From Zootoca vivipara (Eukaryota), in the NCBI RefSeq assembly GCF_963506605.1, contig NC_083276.1:67580001-67644000 (forward strand): a stretch of 64,000 bases of DNA, in the 5' to 3' direction. The notes below the pieces were generated by a model, which searched no databases, was not told the DNA's origin, and saw only the letters and a list, made by a program, of their open reading frames with translations. The translations under genes and the position numbers were made by a program. This document shows positions 40,821 through 54,780 of this stretch, in pieces. Each line of letters starts with the position of its first letter. Position 1 is the first letter of the stretch.

Positions 40821-41269
40821 AAGCTAGAATGAATTTTGGTCTGATCCAACATGGTCATTCTCATGTTTTTAAATCCCAGGATATTGATCCTGGCCCCTCC
40901 AGTGAAAATATCTTGAGTAGCAAATCTTGGAAAGACCACTGCCTGGAGAATTACTGTCAGTAATAGACCTCATTGACTCAGATAGATCAATGCAATAATA
41001 TAGCTTCTTATGCTTGCACTTGCTTTCTGTTGTACTTGACTAATGCATGTATCTCCAAAGTTTATGTGCTCTTAGCAGCAGAGGTCCAACAAAAGGGCAC
41101 CATATTCATCTTATTTTGACTTCAACTTGATTAATCCAAAGTTAATTAAAATACTCTATTGCTTTTTAAGTTGCATTGGCAGGACCCAAGGTCAGATATG
41201 ATAACGGCTGTCCTCCTTAATATGTAAGACAAAAGTCAAAGCTTAAAAATCATGTTAGTATTCAAACTA

Positions 41270-41473
<204 letters not shown>

Positions 41474-41848
41474 CTACCCAAGCTGAATAACAGACAACCA
41501 CAACAAATCAATAGCAGTTCATTGTTTTACCAGCTACAAGTGCATATGCATAATAGGTCACATAAAAGAAACCACTCAAGTGGCAAATATTCCCAGTGAA
41601 GTGGGTGTGATCCAAAGCACATTTAATTGTGAATATACTCATTTGATTTCAGTCGATGTAAGCCTCAAGTAAAACTGAAGCATAATATTCAGTATGACAA
41701 AACTAGTATGAATGATTAGTAGTTAGTTTCCAAAAGAGACAGAGACAAAATTTGTATATTCATTCCCACCTCCATACTATCTAAAAATATACTCCAAGAT
41801 GGAGTATCACACATTTCAGGTGTGCATGGCTGTTTTCACAACATCTAT

Positions 41849-42067
41849 AGAGTCATACCTTGGGTTGAGTACGCTGCGGGTTGTGTACTTTCGGGTTAAG
41901 AACCACGCGGCCCCGGAAGTGTTTACTTCAAGGTTTCACTGCGTGCTTTGCACGGAAGCGTTCTGCGTGCTTTGCACGTGTGTGGAAGCACTGCTCGGGC
42001 TGCGTACTTTTCGGGGTGCAAACGGCACCCCCGAAACGGATTGAGTACGCAACCCGAGGTAACACTG
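41849..42067. mobile_element. Tc1/mariner (Tigger-like) MITE
   Basis: accttgggttgagtac ... gtacgcaacccgaggtaacactg|ta; CpG-rich. Confidence 0.72.
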
Positions 42068-42671
42068 TACAAATCTCATGAACCTGATAGCACATATAGG
42101 ATAGCAGCATATTCATTCAAAGAACACTTTAATGAACACACACAAATAATGATAGTCAACCCTTCCCAAGGTTTAAGCACTCTTCACATTAGCAAATAAA
42201 ATGCCACCGAATTTTCTTTAGCTTAGCCAGTTTAATACTCATGTTACTGGGGATTTAATACTCATTACTGGGAAAGCGGTAGAGGGGAACTCAACAAAAT
42301 CCACAAGCATGTGATTTCTCCCGCTTTTAGCCAAATCATACCTCATGTGTACCTAAAGAAGCCATTTAAAAAGGTAAAGCTGGCCCTCTCTTCCTGCCTT
42401 GTAATTCAAGCATTGAACTTAACTCTGAGTCCTGTTGCCTGCCAAATTAGGTAGTCTCATAACTCTTCTCAAAGGTGCTCAAACGGACTGACAAGCCTAC
42501 AGTGTAAGGCAGTTTTATACGAAGAGGATGCAGCTATCTTTATGACCTTTGAAACTGATCAAGGGTAAAAGGAAAAGCGGTGGTTTCTAAAGGTATAGTG
42601 AGCCTAAAGTTTTATTGGTTAAAAACTGGACACAAGTTGTGTGAAGGAAAAGCATCCAAAAAGGTATTTCA

Positions 42672-42830
<159 letters not shown>

Positions 42831-44121
42831 TCAAGAAATGTTTTAAGAGTTGAATCAAAGGATTGCTCATTGTTAATTCTTCCAGCACTAGTTAAGTCCC
42901 CAAATTAAGCATTTTGGTGCAGGGCATCCCAGATGCTTAAGATACATACAGACCCCTCTGCTGCACATTACCTGACAGCAGCATGCCTTGTGAATAAATA
43001 GTTGATGTGCAATTCATGTTTAGTGAACTACAGATTCAAAGACGACCAAATTCACTGCCCCACATTCTGCCCTGACTGGTACAAATGGCAGGGCTTCAAG
43101 ACACAGCAGTTACTCCACAGTTCTATTTTGCCCAATGGATTCAAAGCTTCCAGTCTTCCACCTCAACTGCCCCATTTTAGGGCTTATTGCTGATGCAATA
43201 ACCCAGAATTATATGAGTTTAGTAGTTATTTAAAACATCCCCATGGTCCAGTTTCTCTCCTTATTTCTCTTCAAGATCCTCATGAAAACTATCAGAATAC
43301 TGCTACTACTGTCTTATTTCCAACATGCTCCCCCCCACCCCGCTGTTTAGGATGTTCCATTCTCCTATTACTATAATAGAAACGTAAGAAAATGCCTTAT
43401 AACAAGTTAAACAATTGCTTCACCTAATTCAGCGCAGTCAGCAATGTAGACTAAACAGTGACTGGCAGTGGCTCTCCTGGATTTTAAGCAGGATCCTATT
43501 CCGGCCACATTTGGATATGCCAGAGATGGAGTCTAGAACCTTTCACATGCAAAGCAGATGCTGTACTACTGAACTATAACCCTTTTCTTTCCCCAGACTT
43601 TTCCCTAATAGATCCTCCTCTTTCATCTTCCATCTTTAATTAAATTGTAAGCCTTTGGATATTTTTTCATTTTAAACTATACACGTCCAAGTAGTTTTAT
43701 GTGCCTTATTTTTTAAAAAATGAATACTCCTGATACATTTCACAGGTCAGGAATACGGAAGGGGGTTGGGGAAGAGATTCCATAATGCACTAGCAAAATT
43801 TGGCGAAGAACATATTATACTTGATTAAGAGGTAAAGCCAATTTTATTGTTATGGTAAAATGACCACAGTGGCTCTGTTCCCTCCAGCAATTATCTGCTG
43901 TGTTGCAGCAGCAACAACAACCTATAAGCTCAAAGTTTTCTGCTTGCAGATGAGCTGGAGCATACGGTGTGGTGTACGTGTGTTGCACAAATGAAACCAA
44001 ACCACATCTAGGAATGAGGTTCTGCATGCGCTATCCAGCTTTGAATCTCCCAAGGCAGATTGTTTAGAGCAGTTGTGAGAAATCATTCCATTGCACTTAC
44101 TATCTCTTGAGCTGGGGCAAT

Positions 44122-44321
44122 NNNNNNNNNNNNNNNNNNNNNNNNNNNNNNNNNNNNNNNNNNNNNNNNNNNNNNNNNNNNNNNNNNNNNNNNNNNNNNN
44201 NNNNNNNNNNNNNNNNNNNNNNNNNNNNNNNNNNNNNNNNNNNNNNNNNNNNNNNNNNNNNNNNNNNNNNNNNNNNNNNNNNNNNNNNNNNNNNNNNNNN
44301 NNNNNNNNNNNNNNNNNNNNN
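44122..44321. other. Assembly gap (200 N)
   Basis: Run of N; the round length suggests a scaffolding placeholder. Confidence 0.99.
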
Positions 44322-45509
44322 GTTTCATGTTTTTTCTCCTGCCGACCATACGATCTCACCGTCTCATTACCTTAACTGTTATTATTATGTTTAAATTTAT
44401 CCATCCCAGCAACTCAACTATTTGCCACTGGTCTTGCAGGCAACTGCCAACTTCTCATCCTCCCCCTGCTTTTAAAAGTCTATCAGATACAGAGGATTCA
44501 AAGTTGCAGGTTTTGTTAGCAAATTTATTTGTATGCAGCATCTCCATGAGCATCATTCCTGATTATTTAAATTTCAGTTGTTGAGTAGGAAGATAAGCTA
44601 AACTGTTGCTAGGTGTAATCAGACTGAATTGCCTGGAGTTGTTCTGATGGGTTATGGTTGCCAGGCTATTGTTGCCTGAGATAGAGAAAAACATATGCCA
44701 CATCTACACACTTGAACACTTCATAGGCAAGGATGGCACTGTTTCTGCAAAGTTTCATTCTTCCCCCTAGCATTTATTGTGTGGTTCAACGGTATCATCT
44801 TAATAAGTATCTAATAGTACTGCTCTGTTCTCTTTGTATAAGCAGAAGAAAAATACTCTGAAATGGAAAAACCTGCATTGGTAATGAAAAACAGAAAACC
44901 CAGCAAGGTAAGGAAATGAGATTGTAAGAACCTTTGGTATTTTATACCGGTATTTGAAATTAAGCTATATTCATGTAGGCAAATATTCATGTTGGAGTTG
45001 TTTCCTCTAATGGAACAACCTGCATTTCCAGGCAAACAGGTTACAGCATCACACCTCATTCATTACCTGGTGTAGTGATTTTTAATGTATCTTGGAGCAT
45101 TTCTTGATATTGATAGTGAACAGGTATCCATGCATTCCTAGACTAAAACTAATTTCTCCAATGCTGAACAAAAGCAATAACAACTATATTCATGACTTTC
45201 ATAGTGGGATATTGTACTACATCATGATCAGCAGCCTTAGTTAGCCTAACTAGGTCTATCTCTAGTAAGTAGAGGCTGTCTGGCAACCCTATTGTGCTCT
45301 GTGGGTAAAGCTGGGTACAGATGTAATAAACTGGAATAAATTACCGTAACAGATTCTCCAAGCTTTATTGCCTTGCCAGATAGGTTTTTGTTGGCAATTG
45401 GTGGTTTGCAGAAATTACAAGTGTATAGGCGTTGACAAAATGGGGATATGTGTCTTTGGAAAAGAAAATATAATAGTTAGAACTCTTGGTGCTTGGGTAC
45501 CATTGCAAT

Positions 45510-45643
45510 CATGGGCGTAGGCAGGATTTTTGTTGGGGGACACGGGCCTTTTGTTGGGGAGGGCAGAACCTCAGTTAGCTATGTATTTTTATTGGTTTAG
45601 GTGGGCAGCTGCCCCTCCCTGCCCCCCTTTGGCTATGCCCATG
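45510..45643. mobile_element. hAT-type MITE
   Basis: TIR catgggcgtag/ctatgcccatg; perfect 8-bp TSD attgcaat. Confidence 0.85.
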
Positions 45644-46242
45644 ATTGCAATGCTCTATAAGCACATGAGGTGGACACCTTGCTGAAGCTTAAGGACATGT
45701 GGGCCTAGTCAGGGACCAGATGGGAAACCACCTGGGGTATGTGCTTTGTATGTTACCTTGGGATCTATACTGGGAAAAAGTGAGATGTAAAATACAAACT
45801 TTCCAAATCTCAAGGGAAAGAATTTTGCAGAGGAGAATAAGAAAGCAGAAATAACTATGGAAAGTAGTATGTTAGTATGAGGGTTGGAGCTGAACTAGAG
45901 GCAACAGTTCAAGATAGTTCCTAGGAGTAAGGAGTTATGCCAGGAAATAGGGATTGAGGGATAAAACCATGAATTAGAACTAGAGAACCACCAAGGGATA
46001 CAAAATGCACTAAAGCTCAGGAAGACCGTGTTGTTTGGCCAAGGCCCAACTGGAACAGGGAGGCAATTTATGCTCTTTCCTATCCAGAAAGAGATCATGG
46101 CTAGCCTGGGTGGGTGGAGTCAACTCAGGGCTTGAGAGTATTTCATTGTCTAAATAAATGCTGCAACCTGCAGTTTGAGGACTTATTAGGCCAGCCACAC
46201 ACAGATCCAAGGACTTACATGTTTCCGGGTTCAAATTTAACA

Positions 46243-46608
46243 TTATGCTAAATGTGTAGCTAGCGACTACACCTGATATTTTTCTTTATTTAAATACAGG
46301 CATGGTGGGGTGATTTTTCCATGGGGACCACAGATGTGGGATGGGGAGGTTTAATCCTTCTATCGCAGTCACAATATGGACAAGAATCCCCCATCCCAAG
46401 CTACAAAAATTAGTCAAATGAACTGGAACCTTTCTTAATACGTCTGATGTTCATGCTTGAGGTGGGATCGGGACTGCAGCTGGGGAAGGAAGGATTAAAT
46501 TTCAATTCTCCTCGTGCTGTGGACCCCATGAAAGTGAGCCCCCTTCCCCGGCACTTGCAGTTTAACTAAGAAAATTCCCAAATATAGCTAGCTACACATT
46601 TAGCATAA
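46243..46608. repeat. Foldback element with perfect 22-bp terminal inverted repeats
   Basis: ttatgctaaatgtgtagctagc (46243-64) / gctagctacacatttagcataa (46587-608) plus decayed inner inverted segments. Confidence 0.75.
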
Positions 46609-47866
46609 CATAGAGTACCCTGAGTTGCATTAGCTGGAGAGAGAGAGATGGAAATGGATGCAATTCTGATATAAGTTCAGTTATGTTTTTAGGATCTTCC
46701 CCGCCCTCTCCTTCATCTAGACTAACTTTCTGCATGCCACATTATTTTGTTATCGTATATTCAGGACACTGGGCAGAACCCTGTCCGTGGAAGCCCTGCA
46801 TAAAGACTTCCACTTGTACAACAGGGCATTCCCACCCCCCATATCCTCCCCTGCTCCTCCCAAAACTGGCTCCGGCAGTTCAGGAGAACCTCCAGAACAG
46901 TTTGCAGGGGGAGAGGATGTGGGATCATTCCATCTGGCAAGCTGATATGCCTGTGCAGACAGAGTGTTTGTCACAGTGCAGTGTTGAATTCCATCCACTA
47001 AATGCTGCCCATTTAATGTAGGATTATAGTGTGATGCAGTTTCATCAACCTAGTTTGTTATACTCCCATACTTGTTGTCTACTTTAAAATGAATACAGTA
47101 CTGTAATTCTAATTAAGTTACTCTGCTCTTATAAAACCTGACTGCAGAATTAACAACTAGTTGAACCAATTTCCAAATGATCCTTATTAAATAGCTTTTA
47201 CTTATGTAAAAGCATTCAGGACTCCTCACAATTGCATTTAATACAGTTTTTTAAAGTTAGTTGTCATTTCCCTTATTTTACTGGATTCTTGAGCTGTGTG
47301 GAGTAACTTTTTGTAGTTTAACAGTTTTGGTTTGCGATGGCATGTCTCTCTTCCTTGGGGAGTAAATTCTCTTGCTAATGAACGGAGAATAGTGTTCCCC
47401 AGGCCTCTCTTGACTTTTGACTAAGAATAACATCTGTCACTAGCAAAAAGCTGTGTGTAAAATTAGAATTTCTCAGGGCAGATTGAGAACAAGATTTGTT
47501 TATGCCTTGTGCTTTTAAAATAGGATGACGTTACAGAGTTTGCTTTATTGTTAGTGTGTGTAGGCATCAATTGGAGAGAATGAGTATCTTCTACACCACC
47601 TATGGAAAAGAGGTTTCATTTAAGGCCACAAAAACTTTCAAATATAATACCTTGTAAGAGCATTACTTGATTTCTTGGTGAGAAAATTTCTTTGGAATAA
47701 AATAACTCAAATGTATCTATAAGAAGTAGGCTAAGACCTGTATGGAATGAAGTTATTGCCCAAGAACATCTTTGAAACCTTATGCATGGCAAAAGCAGTA
47801 TGTGACAAATACTTTATCCAGTCTTGGGGTACCCATGGCCAAAATGTACATGGCCAGACACTTGAC

Positions 47867-48002
47867 CAGGCATCCCCAAACTTCGGCCCTCCAGATGTTT
47901 TGGACTACAATTCCCATCATCCCTGACCACTGGTCCTGTTAGCTAGGGATCATGGGAGTTGTAGGCCAAAACATCTGGAGGGCCGCAGTTTGGGGATGCC
48001 TG
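47867..48002. mobile_element. hAT-type MITE
   Basis: TIR caggcatccccaaact..ggccctccagatgttttgg; TSD cacttgac/ctcttgac. Confidence 0.88.
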
Positions 48003-49917
48003 CTCTTGACTGTGTGGTAGAACATTGGTTTTCATACCACATTTCATTATCGGTTGAAGCTTCAGTTGTGCACAGCAGGGCAGAAACTTCAGTGGAATGT
48101 TGTGGAGGTAGTATTGTCTGCAGAAGCCCATATCTTCCTTTCCTAGGTAGTATACATTTCACAACAAAGGGCTTGGGATGTTTGATTTTTTAAAAACTGA
48201 TTCTAGATATTTCTCTAAATCTATTTATTTACAATATGTATATTCCACCTTTTAGGTGGACAATGGTCTTGCAAGTGAAAGGGTGCTGGTCCCTTATGAA
48301 GGCTCTTGGGGTGGAAGAGTGATGATAGAAAATAAATACTGCTTCTAGTGTTATAACTAAGCAAACTTGCATGTGGACATACTTCAATTTGCTCTTGGCA
48401 CATTCTGTCATTTGTTTTGAAGGTATCATGGAGAGTTTGGTGCATAGTTTTATGAAACTGGACAGCCCCTTTTGTCTTTAGTTTTTCTGTATTGGTGGGG
48501 TTTGATTCTGTTGATCAAGAATGATAAAAAGTCCCCCCCCCATGTCAAACACTTCCCCAGTCTATGTCTAAGCAAATTCAGATGAATAGACTGCCTAAGG
48601 GCAAACACACTTGGTCTCTGGTAGCATGGTTGTTTGAAGTGCTGTTTTTCTAGAAAAAGAGGTGCCAGAACTCACCATGAACACTTCCCCTGTTCTCTTA
48701 TAATGGCAATGACGCCCTCCTGAGAATTGCCAGAACTGAGTTCTGGCGAGTTCCGGTTGAAAAAAAGCCCTGATTGTTTGTATCATCCTTCTAAGCCGTG
48801 AGGAAGGTTTGACATGCATCTGATAACAGATGTGTGGTTTAGATGGCTTTGTGGACTTTGGAAGAGAGATCTTCACCTGACATGACCAAGAGTAGAAGCA
48901 CATGGACACAATGGAGCAGTTGGCAAGACAGGCCATAGCTACAGAACCTTGGAGAGCTCTGACTGATAAGAGGGATACTCCCCCAAACCCTGGCCCAGCC
49001 CCACCAGGCTTTCTGTGTGTCTCAATTCCTTCTCATCTGCTGCATTCTGTGTGCTATTGTAGAGCAGGAGGCGCTTGGCCTCTTGGATGAATTGAGCTTG
49101 GCAGGCCTAAGGATCCCAGCTCAGGCTCCACAGGTTCAAAGCTGTTACATTTCAGGTTTTGTATCAAGACCTCCTGGTCATGTTCTTCAGCTCAAGATGT
49201 GATGGCCATGGGCGTGACTGGCTCAGTCTCTTCTCTTTCCAAACCTCAGCTACCGGTATCACTCAAGGCCAGGACCATGACAGGCGTTATTCCAGAGGTG
49301 CTAGTCATAAACATTTCAGTTCTGTGTTCGTAAGGTGGCTCAGTGGTAATATGGTAGTAACATCATTATGATAAGCACCAGAGCCTTTTTGGAGGAAACA
49401 GACTAGTCTTAGTAGAGATTTGTCTATTTTTGTATTGTGTTTGTGTCAAGCTTCTGACATTGATTGGCTGAGCTAGTGCAATGACATGGAGCATTCAGTT
49501 GCCCAGGGAACAAAAATAGTTTGTGGTCTAGTTTCTGTGAAGAAAGGGAATGTTGCACACAAGAACAGGGTGACATTGTAGGAGAGCACCAAGGAGGCAA
49601 GAGGTAAGGAGGTTGAAGAAAGAGAGTAAACCAGGCACTAAGATTGAGAGAGGGGTGGAAGAGGAGGAGGGTTGGAGGAAAGGGTAGAAGAGGCAGGGAA
49701 TTCAGGCAAGATGGGGCTAATTGGCGAGAACTCCGTAGAATCTGTGCAGCAATTAAGGTCAGAAGGGACTTTATGGTTGGGGGAGAAGCAACAGAGTGCT
49801 AAGAAACCAGGGCTGGATCTACATGAATCTTTTAAACGTTATTAGTTATATTGTTCTATAACATCACCTTACCTTTAACATGTAATTTCCCTATTGTGGA
49901 TGGCTCATAGCTCTGCA

Positions 49918-49931
49918 GCGCCCTCTGGTGT
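49918..49931 (-). promoter_or_regulatory. Candidate CTCF site (ACACCAGAGGGCGC)
   Basis: 13/14 match to CCASYAGRKGGCRS with an intact CpG in CpG-poor DNA, between CTR9 and IRAG1. Confidence 0.45.
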
Positions 49932-51501
49932 TATAATTTAATAACGCATTATTAACCACGAGTGTTGATCTGCCCCAGGTCAAGGGACAAAGCAAGTGTG
50001 GCCTGAAAAGGTACAGAAGAGAGATGGGAAGGTACAGAACTGAAGAATGAATGGGACAAAATTGGGGAAGTATGATTGCTGCTGTGCACTACTGTTAGGA
50101 AGGAAGTCAGCCATTGGGCTGGTAGGGCAGAAGACAGGGAGGTCAGCAGTAGGTGGAGACAGAACCAATGATAGATGGAGTCAACTAATTCTAGTTTTGT
50201 CCCCATCCTCCTCCCTACTGAGTTCTACAATGGGAACACTGACATTAAGGGGGAGGAAGCTGACAGGCAGTGCTGCCCCATGGATGGATATAAAACAAAA
50301 GGTAGGCAGGTAGGGCAGACAGAGGTTGATGGGGCAGTGCCACATCTGCCCTAATGGACAAGCTTCCACAGGTTCACTGGGAGCAATATTCACTGGCCTT
50401 AAAATTTTGAGAGAGCACATTTAGCAATAGATAAATGGAAATAAAGCACCCTTTTGACTCAAGTGACATGTGTTGGCTCGTAGTAGATTAAGCTAGTGGT
50501 TTGCCACAATAGCTAACAGACTTTCCGCCCATATACAAACTTACTTGTTGATTATGCTAGGATGTTACTGTATTTGCATTCCTGTAGGATCGTGGAGAGG
50601 AAACAGGATGTGACTGTGCATTACGGTGTGACTGTTTCTTGGTGAACAGTAAATGGGCACCGTTAACACTTAAAAATGTTATATACACTCTGTGGCAGTA
50701 CTAATAACTAACTAAAAAGTCTTTTAAATGTCTGTGACATATTTATTATGTCCCTGTATGTAATATGAGATACATATTTTATTACAGACTCATGGACTAT
50801 TAACAAAGTAACTATTTAAAGATATACAATTGTTTTCGGAAAACTAAAGGATTTGGGCAAGTTATTGATCTAAATAATAGATATACTTGTGTGATGAAAT
50901 TTCTTGATTGGCAGAATTGATTGCTGCTTTTCTGGCAGCTGGAATATTCAGTATTGGCTCAGTTAAGACATTTAAGTGTATTTGGCCTTCTTAATTATCA
51001 AATTAAAAACACTAAAAGTGTTTCATTCTGGTTTTCCAATAAAAACATTTCTGCATCAGATTACTGAAGTTTAAAAAAAATCTTTGCTCATCTGTGATAA
51101 TTGCTTCATGTAAAAAAACTACAACCCTGTACTGTATTGCCCAGCGGAATGTCAGCTATTCATTTTAAATTGACTTCCAGTTGTGCAAACTTGATAAATG
51201 TTCGCCTTCCATGCTGCTAGGAACAAGTCCTAATATTATTTTCTAGCTTTGTCAATTTTACCACTTTCTTTGAGGGGGTTGGAGTCTATTAGACCTACAT
51301 ATGAATGAATATGCATTTTGTTTAGTTTATCATTAGTAAATATTGCAAGAATTGCTGAATAGATATGCCTGAATTATAATGCATTCTTAGCCTAGTCTTT
51401 AGGATTGATCCACACTTTCCTATGTACAATTGGATTTAAGCTTCAACAGAAGTCTGAAAGACTATATTGTTGAGAAAATAGTAGGACAGAGACTGTGGTG
51501 G

Positions 51502-51520
51502 CACACATACACACACACAG

Positions 51521-51567
<47 letters not shown>
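51502..51567. repeat. Compound (CA)n(GA)n microsatellite
   Basis: Direct read. Confidence 0.95.
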
Positions 51568-51570
<3 letters not shown>

Positions 51571-53244
51571 GTGCTATCTATCTCATGAATGTGCCTCCCA
51601 AATATCTACATAACTGCATAAGGATTACATGTCCCCATTTCAGGCTTGTTTTTACTGCCCCTTTTCTATCTTTGTCCTAGGCTTCAAGGATGTTCAGTCA
51701 TTGCCATTGAGTAAGTCCTGTACATGGGCAGCCATTGCATTGGGCAGAGCGAGCAAAGGGAGCGAGGCTTTTGATTCTTCTGGTGCCTTGTTCTCCCAAT
51801 TCCAGCCTTCCAAGATCCCAGTCCAAGCTAGTCCTAGGGGGTCATCCTAGGAGTATGGGTGCTATGATGCAGAGGGCCTTCCAGTCTGGACTGCCTACCT
51901 CAAGCAACTGATTTTGGGTGTGAAGGGCAGCAAAGTTATGGTTATTTGTTTATGTGTTTTCCCTGCCAGACGGGAGAAGAGGTGATTGCCTCAGATGCCA
52001 AAATATTATTGGGTACTGTCCACCTTGATTTGGTAGGAGGCGGGGGGAGGTGCTTTGCTATTCTGGCTTAGGCAGCAAAATGTCTTCTGCCTGCTCTGGC
52101 TGGGGATGACAGAGCACTGATGTCAGCAAAGCTTGTTTACATTCTGCCTGCCTTTCACAATGGTTATCATCAGATTCTTGGAAGGTGGCTCTTCATTTCC
52201 CTAAGTTCCTTTATTTTCTACATTTATCCAGTACAGTTTTTAAAATGTGGTGTGTGTGTGTGTGTGTGTGTAATGGAAATGATACTTATGTAAAAGTGTT
52301 TTGGAAAAGTACTGACTGTGAACTAAGAGACTGCTTTCATGAGCCATAGAATTAAAATAGATGGCTTAAAAAAAATTAACCCTTCCACCCTCAGATATTT
52401 TTGCAAATACAGACACCCAGTGCTTTTCCTTCTTTCTGGGGGTACTCAAGGGTACACAGTACCAGCACCTTTCCCCCTCCAAATGTTAAAAGGGTGACAC
52501 TTACTGTAACAAATTCACCTTTAAACAAAACAAAACACTGCGGTCACCCATATAATTGAGATGATGTTAACAAGCAAGTGTTGTTTTTGGTAGTACAAAT
52601 GGATCTGTGTGTGACTATCAAAATGCAAATGAAATGTTATTTTCAAACACAGATTTATCAGATTCCCAGGACTGGACTGGAGATCAAAGTGATAGAAAAG
52701 CTTTCTATTTCATGCCATAGTGAATTGAACTACAGAAAAGTACTTGATTTCCCCCTATAGCTTTGTTTATTTCCTTATTGGGAATAATAGTCTTCAGAGT
52801 TAACTGACATCTTATTTAAATCTGCTGTAAATAAATGTAACAAGAAGAATGCTATCCATTCTCCTAATCATTTAAAATCCCAAGGAAACATGAATAGGAT
52901 TACCATGTAACTGGACTGTGAATGAGGCCTTGTTTGTTTGTTTGCCTTCTTTTAGGGATTTATACCCTGCCCTTCAATAGAATTCTCAGACCATCTTAGA
53001 ATTAAAACAAACAAACACAAAATATGCACAAGAATGACAATGAATAGCATTACTGGATTGTCACATGTACAAAACAGAGGACTGGAATCATTTTCCTCTT
53101 TTGGGATTAGAAGGCTGCATAAATCTCTGAATGCTCTTACATCATTATAATTTTGCTAGATTTAGAGTACAATTTTATACCTGGGATCTGATGGCTGAAG
53201 AGTGGTAGAATTTGGTGGGAACTGCTCTGTGTTGCCTAAGCAAG

Positions 53245-53432
53245 CACTGGCAGAGGAAGAGAAGTGTGGGGGGAGTGCACTGCCCCCGGCAGCACAATCC
53301 TGGTGGGGTGCCATCAAGGCTGCCCCCCCCGCCAGGAATGCACCACGCTCCCAGGATGCGCATCACGCTCCTACGCTCCACCGCCTGCTCTCCACCCCCA
53401 CCCTGGTGCCGGAGCATGAAGCTCTGCCACTG
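53245..53432. mobile_element. GC-rich hAT-type MITE
   Basis: TIR cactggcagag/ctctgccactg; TSD taagcaag/taaacaag. Confidence 0.78.
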
Positions 53433-53579
53433 TAAACAAGTCCACAATATGCTGCTGCTGTGGAGTTAATAGAGAGCCCGGACATGTTGTTGTATAAAAA
53501 GAACAAATGCGACTCAATCCCACATCACTAAAAAAATACACAGAGCAATGCTCCAAAGACCTGAGTAAATAAAAATGTT

Positions 53580-54780
53580 TTTATCTGGTATGTAAAAACA
53601 GATAGTGATAGTGCCACAGGTACCTCCCTGGGGAGGGCATTCCACAAGTGGGGAGCCACCATTGAGAAGGCCTGTTCTCATGTTACACCCCCCTCCATAT
53701 CTCCCTTGGAAGGGAGTACACAGAGAGAGGCCTTAGATGATGAATGCAGGGTCCAGATTGGTTCATGTAGGGCAGAGGAGATCCTTGAGCTATTGGAGTA
53801 CTGAGCTGCATAACACTTTATAGGCCAAAACCAGCACTTTGAATTGGACCTGGAAACTAATTAGTAGCCAGGTGCACTGTGCCAGGATTGGTCTTATGTT
53901 CAGGCCACCTTGCCCCCGGCTGGCTGCTGAATTCTGCACCAATTTCAGTTTCCAAACCATCTTCAAAAACACCCCCACATATAACACAGTCATTTTGGTA
54001 ATCTAACCTAGACGTTACCAGATCATAGCTAACAGAAGTTGAGCTATTCCTGTCCAGATAAGAGCCTAGCTGGGTCACCAGCTAAAACTGATTGATGGCA
54101 CTTCACACTACCAAAGCCACCTGGACCTTAAGTGATAGTAGTGAATCTAGATCTAGAACTACCCCCAAGCTTTGAACCTACTCCTTCAGAAGGAGTGTAA
54201 CCTCACCCAAAGCAGGCCATGTTCCACCCATTTGGTCAGGTGAACCACCCACTAATAGTGCAACAGTCTTATCTGGATTAAGCTTCAGTTTCTTGACTCT
54301 TTTCCAGTCAAGGCCAAGACATCAGTCTAACCACCGCCATACTTGCAGATGTAGAGAGATATATCTGTACATATATCATCAGCATATTGCTGACACTGTA
54401 CTACAATTCTTTGGATTACTCCTGCCCTTCAGTTATTTCATGTAGATAATAAACAGCGTAGTGAATAAAATTGAACTCTGTGCCACTGCATACTGAAGGC
54501 TCCATGGGGTCAAATACTATACCACCCTCTGGAGAAGGTCATCCAAGTAGGATCGGAACCACTGCAAAGCAGTGCCACCCACCCCCAGCTCAGATAGCCA
54601 CTCCAGAATGCTCTGGTTGATGGTATTGAAAGCTGCTGAGAGATCAAGGTGGATTCTCCCATTTCTCTTTCTTGACACATTTCTCTTTCTTGACACAAAT
54701 CTTCAATCAGGCTGACCAAGGCAGGTTCTGTGCCAAAACACGGCCTCAACCCCGATTGAAATAGATCTAGAAATTTGGTT
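53580..54780 (-). mobile_element. Degenerate L2-clade LINE ORF2 fragment
   Basis: Motifs RPxxGTExALVSL, LVTSRLDY, QFKVLVLAYK in broken minus-strand ORFs. Confidence 0.75.

Noticed and set aside
40265-40963. Antisense and shifted ORFs over the LINE (also near 3011 and 59593)
   Set aside because: Shadows of the RTE ORF recurring in every copy
43922-44394. ORFs containing X runs
   Set aside because: Artefacts of the N gap
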